In this document: positions 56,859 through 64,000 of the stretch, piece after piece | Layout: each line of letters begins with the position of its first letter | Position numbering within the stretch: the stretch's first letter is position 1 | Assembly: GCA_002269645.1 (NCBI GenBank) | Contig: NIVC01003080.1 | Span: 5,553-69,552, forward strand | From: Macrostomum lignano | Taxonomy: Eukaryota | Direction: 5' to 3' | Length of the DNA: 64,000 bases | Position numbers and translations under genes: made by a program | Notes under the pieces: model-generated | Database searches by the model: none | What the model was told of the DNA's origin: nothing | Seen by the model: the letters and a program-made list of their open reading frames with translations, nothing else

Positions 56859-59800
56859 ATGTACAAACTTTTAAAGGCCGGCTTTGTCAGCCATTTTCAG
56901 CCCGTCATGCAGCCGCAGCGTCCGCAGGCGTCGGCCTACCGGGAGACCGACTCGCTGGGCCACCTGCTCCGCCGGCTGCCCGGCCACTTTCGGCTCACCG
57001 CGATGGCGGCCACCGGCGACCGCCTCCTCCTCGGCACCGAGGCCGGCGTCGCGTTCCTCATCGACCGGCGCGATGTCGACGCCAAGGCGACACCGGTGGC
57101 GTCTGCGCCGTCCCGATGCAGCACCGCCGCGATGCGGGCAACCGTCATTGCGGCTGGCTTTGATGACGCCAGCGCCGTCATCCTGACGGAGTCGTCGTCG
57201 CCAAATGGCACGGCCGCGGCCGCCGGCCTCTGCGACAGCTGCGGCGCCGGCTGCGACGGCGCTTGTCGTCGTCTGGCCTTTTGGCTTGAGCCGCAGCAGC
57301 AGCAACAGCAGCAGCCCGAAGCTGCAGGCGCCGCAGCCGCCGCCGCTGCAGGTCACCGCGCCGCCGTCACGGCGCGCTGTTGTTGCCGACGACTGCGGCA
57401 GCGTCTACTTTGGCGACGCCGGCGGCACCGTGTCTCGGACTGTGCTGCAATTCGACGGCGAAGTCGGCGGCTGCGAGTGCCTCAGCGCGGTGTTCCTGGA
57501 GGAGCTGAGCCCCGTGGTCCAGCTGGACCACCGGCGGGGCCGCCTGCTCGTGGCCAACCGCCTCGGCGCCGCAGTCTACACCGAGGACGCCGCCTGCGTC
57601 TGGCTTGTGGGCTCCCGGCAGCGAGCAGTGAGTATATCTACATGCAGTATATCCGTAACACACAAATAAACACAATATCATGCGTAACACAATAAACGCA
57701 TGCTAACGCCTACTCATCTGAGTCCGAATCTACTCATCTGATTCCGAATCTACTCATCTGATTCCGAATCTACTCATCTGATTCCGAATCTACTCATATC
57801 TGAGTCCAAATCTATACTTATATCTGAGTCCAATCTACTCATATCTGATTCCGAATCTACTCATATCTGAGTCAAAATCTACTCGTATCTGAATCTGAAT
57901 CTACTCATATCTGAGTCCAAATCTATACTTATATCTGAGTCCAATCTACTCATATCTGAGTCCGAATCTACTCATATCTGAGTCAAAATCTACTCGTATC
58001 TGAATCCGAATCTACTCATATCTGAGTCCAAATCTATACTCATATCTGAGTCCAATCTACTCATATCTGAGTCCAATCTACTCATATATGAGTCTAAATC
58101 TATTTGCATCTGAGTCCAAATCTACTCATGTATGAGTCTGAAACTACTCACATTTGAATTGAAATCGACTTATCTGAGTCCAAATCTACTCATCTTAGCC
58201 CATGAGCTTCCCATATCTCAGTTTATCATCTGCGTATACATGTCTCAGCCTTCAAGCCGCTCCTCCTTCCGCCTTTGAACTCCTGCAGGCGCACCAAACC
58301 GTTGGACTTGGCGCCTGCTTCCTGCCGCCGGCGGCCCCCTCGGTGACGCAGCCGGACCTGCTGGCCATGAGACCCCGGCGCCGCCTGTGGCTAGCAGACG
58401 CCTGCGGCCGGGTGCGGCACACACTCCACCTTGGCGGTGCCGACGCCCTCCGCTCGCGGCCGATCCCGCTGATCAGCCCGGCCAGGTGTCGTCGCCAGCC
58501 GAAGTCGGAGTTGAGCCGAGCCGACGAAGCCGCCGCCGCAGTCTTCGAGAAGGTCGCCGCCCTGACCATGGAGACTGAACCGGCCTCTCTTGCCGTCGTC
58601 TGGGGGCCGGACGCGGGCCTGTGCGTGCTGGACCCGGCCAACGGAGTCGTGGCCGGCGCCACCGACCTGCTCGGCCGGATCCTGACGGTGACGACCACGG
58701 AGGCGCTGTCGGACGGCGCCGGCGTGGCGGAGATTCTCGTCCTGCGCGAGGGCGCCAACCCGCCGATTGTTCGACTGGCGATGGCGCCGCTGCCGCCGGA
58801 TCAGCGGCCACCACCGGAGGCGACCGGCAGCGGCAACGGCAGCGGCCTCTTGTCGCTATTCGACAACGTGTTGAAGCTGGTGAGTTGGCCTGGTATGCTT
58901 GAAACTCTTGCTAAACTAATATTTACAGTAGTTGGCTTTGGCTCCGGCATTGTCCATGGGTTTTTTCTTCTTCCTCAGCCCACCAGTCTGCTGTCTTCCA
59001 ATTCGTCAGCGGATGGCGAAGCAGCAGGCAAAAGCACTGGAGCCGGCAAAGGAGCAGTCAAAGCTCCAACATCGCTTTCAACAGTCGCTAAAAGCAGCAA
59101 AAAGCCGCCGCCAGTGGTCAATGGTAGTCAGGCTGGCTGTCAGACTGTCAGACAGGCTGCAGACGCGGACCCGTTTGCCTTCGTGTCCGACTCCGCCGCT
59201 CCAGACGATGACGACGTCGTCTTGGTCAAGCGGGTTCTCCGGGCTGTCCCGAAACGCAACGGCAGCGGCAGTCGCGGCGCTGGCACCTCCCAGACGAAGA
59301 TGGTGTCAGCCGACTGCGATGGCGCCTACCGTCGGCAGGCCCCGCCGCGGCCGCCCCGCCGAAGTTGCCACCCACGTCAACTCAAGTCGGTGTCAGAGCC
59401 TTCGACTCCCAATCGGATGAGAAGTTGATTGAAGCTGCGGTTTTACAACCGACTCACCTGCAAGATGCTGGCGTTTTGCTGAATCCCAATGGTCGGCTGA
59501 CTGAATCACAGAATGGAGAGGCTCAGCATGAGGACAAACAGCATGAGGACAAACAGCATGAGGACAAACAGCATGAAGACACACAGAATGAGGACAAACG
59601 GCATGAGGACAAACAGCATGAGGACAAACAGCATGAGGACAGACAGCATGAGGACAAAGAGCATGAAGACACACAGAATGAGGACAAACAGCATGAGGAC
59701 AAACAGCATGAGGACAAACAGCATGAGGACAAACAGCATGAGGACAAACAGCATGAGGACAAACAGCATGAGGACAAACAGCATGAGGACAAACAGAATG

Positions 59801-62800
59801 AGGACAAACAGCATGAGGACAAACAGCATGAGGACAAACAGCATGAGGACAAACAGCATGAGGACAAACAGCATGAGGACAAACAGCATGAGGACAAACA
59901 GCATGAGGACAAACAGCATGAGGACAAACAGCATGAGGACAAACAGCATGAGGACAAACGGCATGAGGACAAACAGTATGAGGACAAACGGCATGAAGAC
60001 ACCCAGAATGAGGACAAACGGCATGAAGACACCCAGAATGAGGACAAACGGCATGAAGACACCCAGAATGAGGACAAACGGCATGAAGACACCCAGAATG
60101 AGGACAAACGGCATGAAGACACCCAGAATGAGGACAAACGGCATGAGGACAAACAGCATGAGGACAGACAGCATGAGGACAGACAGCATGAGGACAAACA
60201 GCATGAGGACAAACGGCATGAAGACACCCAGAATGAGGACAAACGGCATGAGGACAAACAGCATGAGGACAGACAGCATGAGGACAACAGCATGAGGACA
60301 AACAGCATGAGGACAAACGGCATGAAGACACCCAGAATGAGGACAAACGGCATGAAGACACCCAGAATGAGGACAAACGGCATGAAGACACCCAGAATGA
60401 GGACAAACGGCATGAAGACACCCAGAATGAGGACAAACGGCATGAAGACACCCAGAATGAGGACAAACGGCATGAGGACAGACAGCATGAGGACAAACAG
60501 CATGAGGACAAACGGCATGAAGACACCCAGAATGAGGACAAACGGCATGAGACCGGCATGAGGACAAACGGCATGAGGACAAACGGCATGAAGACACCCA
60601 GAATGAGGACAAACGGCATGAAGACACCCAGAATGAGGACAAACGGCATGAAGACACCCAGAATGAGGACAAACGGCATGAGGACAAACAGCATGAGGAC
60701 AAACGGCATGAAGACACCCAGAATGAGGACAAACGGCATGAAGACACCCAGAATGAGGACAAACGGCATGAAGACACCCAGAATGAGGACAAACGGCATG
60801 AAGACACCCAGAATGAGGACAAACGGCATGAAGAAAAGCTAATGAGTGGCGACCGCCAACACTTAGCCGCTGCAAATGGACAATCAGTAGTGGAAATTCC
60901 CCAACTTGAAGGCTCCACCGTACCAAATAAGCTTCAACTCACGGAGCTGCGCCCAGCGCTGAGCGGCATCGCTGAGTCGCTACTCGGCGTCTCTCGCTGG
61001 ATCGTCGAGCCGACCCCGCCGGCTACAGATGAAGCCGTCGACACGGCATGGACCGGCCAGCTGGGCAGCCTGTGCTCCGACGGCGGCTCGCTCTACTGCT
61101 GCACCCGGTCGGGGCGCGCCTTCACAGCCGGGCTGCCCCGTCGACGCCGCCGCCGTCAACAGAATTTCCGACAAGCGAACGACGAGCACTCGCCGCTGGC
61201 CCGCTGGTGCGCCCAGCCACACCTGGACGCCGGCCAGATTCAGGCAGCTGGTCGGCGCTGGCTGTTCGCCTGCGCAGCGGCATCGTCACCTGGTCAGGCC
61301 CTGGCTGCGGCGGCGCCTGGCGCCAACTGCCCGGCCTGAGCGCCGGCGCTGTGCGCGTGATCAGCATCCGCTCGTCCAGTCGGGCCCTCTGCGGAGTCGC
61401 CCAGCTGATTGGCTCGGCCGAGGAAGCCGACAGCGACGCCGGCGAGTTTATCGTCATCCTGGTGTCGCTAGCCGACAATCAGCTGCCGCCGGCGCAGCTC
61501 GTCCGCTGTCCGTTCCGGCTCGCCGAGGTCTGCGAGGGCTTCGGCCGACTGCTGGCCGCCAGCCAGGATGGCGGCGTCTGGGCGGCGCCGCTTGCCGACC
61601 CCGGACACTGGCGGCCACTTCGGCTGGGTGTCCGGGTTCGCAGTCTGGCTGTGGCGGGCGGGCGACTCTGGGCACTTGGCCGGGGCGCCTGCCTGCTGAG
61701 CTGGAGCGGCCTTCATCTGACGTCGAACAGCCCGTCAGAATCGCCGGCTGGATGGTCGGAAACCTGGGTGCCGCGCCTGTTCTCTGCGGACTCCACCGAT
61801 GGCCGCAGCGGCGGGCCTCCGCGCCTGCTGGCCGCCTCCCGGGCCGCCGGCCTGTGGCTGCACTGTCCGCAGCGGCGCCTGTTGCTGCGCTGCCCGCCCG
61901 GCCCGCTGACCGCCTACACCTGGCGGCCCGTGGCTCCGGCCACCGCCTCGTCCGCCTTCTCGGCCTGGCGCCTCCTGGCGGCCGGGCCGGCCGGCCGGAT
62001 CTGGGCGGTGCCCGCCTACGCCACCGCCGCGGCGCACTGGCTGGCCAGCATCGGGCCGGGCGAGGCCGACTGGCAGCGCCTGCGGCTGCCCGAGGCTGCT
62101 GATGCGTCCGACTTTGTTGTTGGCCTCTGCTGCGGCGTTGACTCCGTCTGGGTGCTGCGCTCCAGCGGCCTGCTGTACGGCAGGCTGGGTGAGTCCAGCT
62201 GCAGTCTTCTCTACCCCCCCCCCTGAGGTTCTCGCCCTTCCGTTCTCCACTGCTATGCTATCGCTAGACCCCTGCCAAGCGCACAAGAGCCTTCGGCCAC
62301 ACCTGGGCAATCAAACTCGGTCTCCGAATGTGGAAGCTAAAATTGCCAAGAAAGTTGCATTCAAGCCAAGCCAAACCCCTTTTTTCACAGTCCATGAGTA
62401 ATAGAACAGGAAAAGTGATTGAACTTATTTTCAAGTGCATTTTACAATGCCCATTCCAGTTTATGTCTGTATGAACTGTTTTAAACTTTGCGTCATTTTA
62501 GTACAGGGGTCGGCGAACTCCGGACCGCGAAGCCTCTGTATCCGGCCTTCGGGTCCTTTGAAACTTCACCAAAAAAATCTAGCCCGCTTAAAGTTTGTGT
62601 CCCTTTTTAGCTCTATTCTCTCAAGTAATTTCCTCTCCTCTCCTCTCCTCTCCTCTCTCCTCTCCTCTCCTCTTTTTCTCTGACCATCTCTTCTCTCCCC
62701 TCCTCTGGCCCACTGTCATGCACTGGATTCTCCATCCGGCCCTTGAGGTAACAAAAGTTTGTCGACCCCAATTTTGAGTACTTGTCATGAAACAGTTATC

Positions 62801-63495
62801 CCAACTAGCAGGTTCCTGTGCAAAGCAGAAACCCCCGCTGCTCCCCAGGCCTGTGCAGCGCCAATCCGCTCGGGAGGGCAGCAGCGGCTGGCGCAGCTAC
62901 CAGCTGAACCCGGGCCCCTACCAGCAGCGGCCCAGCTCCAGCCGGCCCGCCTGGCTCAGCATCGCCTGCCGACGTGGCCGACTCTGCCTGGCCGACGCCA
63001 TCGGCGAGGTCTGGAGCATCGCCGAGCCGGTCGCGCCGGATTTCCGCCTGCTCGAGGGCGACGATGCGGTTGGCGACGCCTGCGCGCCCGCCCGGCCTCC
63101 GACTCCGACGCCTGGCGGCTGCCCAGCCTCTGACCGGCTGTGGCCACCGACGCCAGGGGCCAGGCGCACACCTGGCTGCCCGGCGGCTCTGACGTAAGCG
63201 CTGGCGCCTGGCGCCCAGTGCCGGTAGGCGGCGGCGCCGAACCCGCTGCAACAGCTGCACCCCGAACTATCGTCGATCTGGCGATCTCTGGCGACCTCGC
63301 CGTCGCCTGCTGCGGCACGAGCGGCCGCGTGTTCGCCGCCGACGCTTCTTTAACTGACTCTGCTGCCGCTGCCACCGCCTCGACTGCCGGCCTGTGGCGC
63401 CCCATCGGCTGTCACGGTCGCCACGTGGTCTCCGTGAGCATCGGCGTGCAGGGATTGCGGTGGCCGATGGCAGCGGCCGACTGTACCGGCTTGTG
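56859..63495 (+). CDS. TECPR2: TECPR2-like WD40/tectonin beta-propeller protein (HPS5/TECPR2 family); multi-exon, frameshifted, 3' end probably continues
   Basis: N-terminal LTAMAATGDRLLLGTEAG, FLEELSPVVQLDHRRGRLLV...TEDA...LVGSRQR, GACF...RPRRRLWLADACGRV, and later tectonin-like VWVLRSSGLLYGRLG and WLSIAC...GEVW. Approximate exons: 56859-57627, 58289-58879, 58979-62188 (may contain introns) and 62812-63495. Confidence 0.68.
57708..58195. repeat. ~20-22-bp minisatellite (TCTACTCATATCTGAGTCCAAA)n, intronic
   Basis: Degenerate tandem units. Confidence 0.88.
59524..60835 (+). repeat. 15-bp minisatellite (CATGAGGACAAACAG)n, possibly coding (HEDKQ)n
   Basis: About 85-90 units with variants HEDKR, HEDRQ and HEDTQNEDKR. 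Confidence 0.95.
62504..62771 (+). mobile_element. hAT-type MITE (~270 bp) with CT-rich core, intronic
   Basis: CAGGGGTCGGCGAACT...AAGTTTGTCGACCCC termini, imperfect TSD (TTTTAGTA / TTTGAGTA), homologous to 55410-56540. Confidence 0.7.
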
Positions 63496-64000
63496 GTGAG
63501 AGAGAAGAGAAGCCTACTTTTGCACTTGCATGTTTGACGTTCTTTGCGTTGGTTTTTGTCTCCATTGGGGCGTTTCTATTGGAGGTCGTGTCTGAAAGTT
63601 ATGACAAATGGGGCGCCTCGATTCTGGAAGAATATTTTTGTGCATACACACATAACCGCTCCACTCGCCCGTTGTGTCGTGACTAACTAAGAATTATTAT
63701 TTCTATTATCTGAGTGTTTTTAAACGATTTCGTACTTTCCTATATTTCTACTATCAGTAGAGTTAAAGTATCTTATAAAAGTTCATTATTTTTAAATATA
63801 ATGCATGCAATATTCTGCCATCTCTACTGCAAGTAAAGTATGATGAGAATGCTTTTTATTGTCAGTTGTTGCATTCGTGTATCTTAAACGGCATTCATGC
63901 ACAAATCGTTGCAGGGCCAGGAAACTCTGATGCAGGAGGCTCTGATGATGAAGCCAGCTTGGAATCTGGTAGCAGCATCAGTAGCGACAGCAGCGACTCA

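Noticed and set aside
59393-60926. Minus-strand 467-478-aa Cys/His or hydrophobic ORFs
   Set aside because: Antisense readings of the 15-bp repeat.

Overview
Eukaryotic (animal) genomic DNA with GC-rich exons, GT-AG introns and introns inflated by many different minisatellites. The style suggests a flatworm such as Macrostomum, but that is inference only. The centrepiece is a complete 15,654-bp endogenous Polinton/Maverick virus (adintovirus-like) at 14401-30054. It has AG...CT terminal inverted repeats and a perfect 6-bp target-site duplication (CTGACA). It sits in a 23-bp minisatellite inside the 19-kb intron of a TENT5/FAM46 poly(A) polymerase gene. It encodes an integrase, protein-primed PolB (vOTU-like and EndoVII-like modules), adenain-like protease, packaging ATPase, major and minor capsid proteins and a parvovirus-type PLA2. 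It also carries an adenovirus pX-like ORF missed by the ORF track, further candidate membrane-active proteins, and an orphan HTH-like gene next to an array of nested palindromes. Many ORFs, viral and host, are broken by small frameshifts, often at homopolymers, and I saw no nonsense substitutions in the regions I reconstructed. Sequencing indels are therefore a real possibility and the virus may be intact. Host genes: 3' part of a THSD7-like gene, TENT5/FAM46, a C2H2 zinc-finger gene, calcineurin B and a TECPR2-like gene. Other mobile DNA: a tRNA-derived SINE, hAT-type MITEs, an internally deleted R1/LOA-type LINE and a decayed hAT transposase. All family assignments come from motif recognition by eye; no database searches were run.
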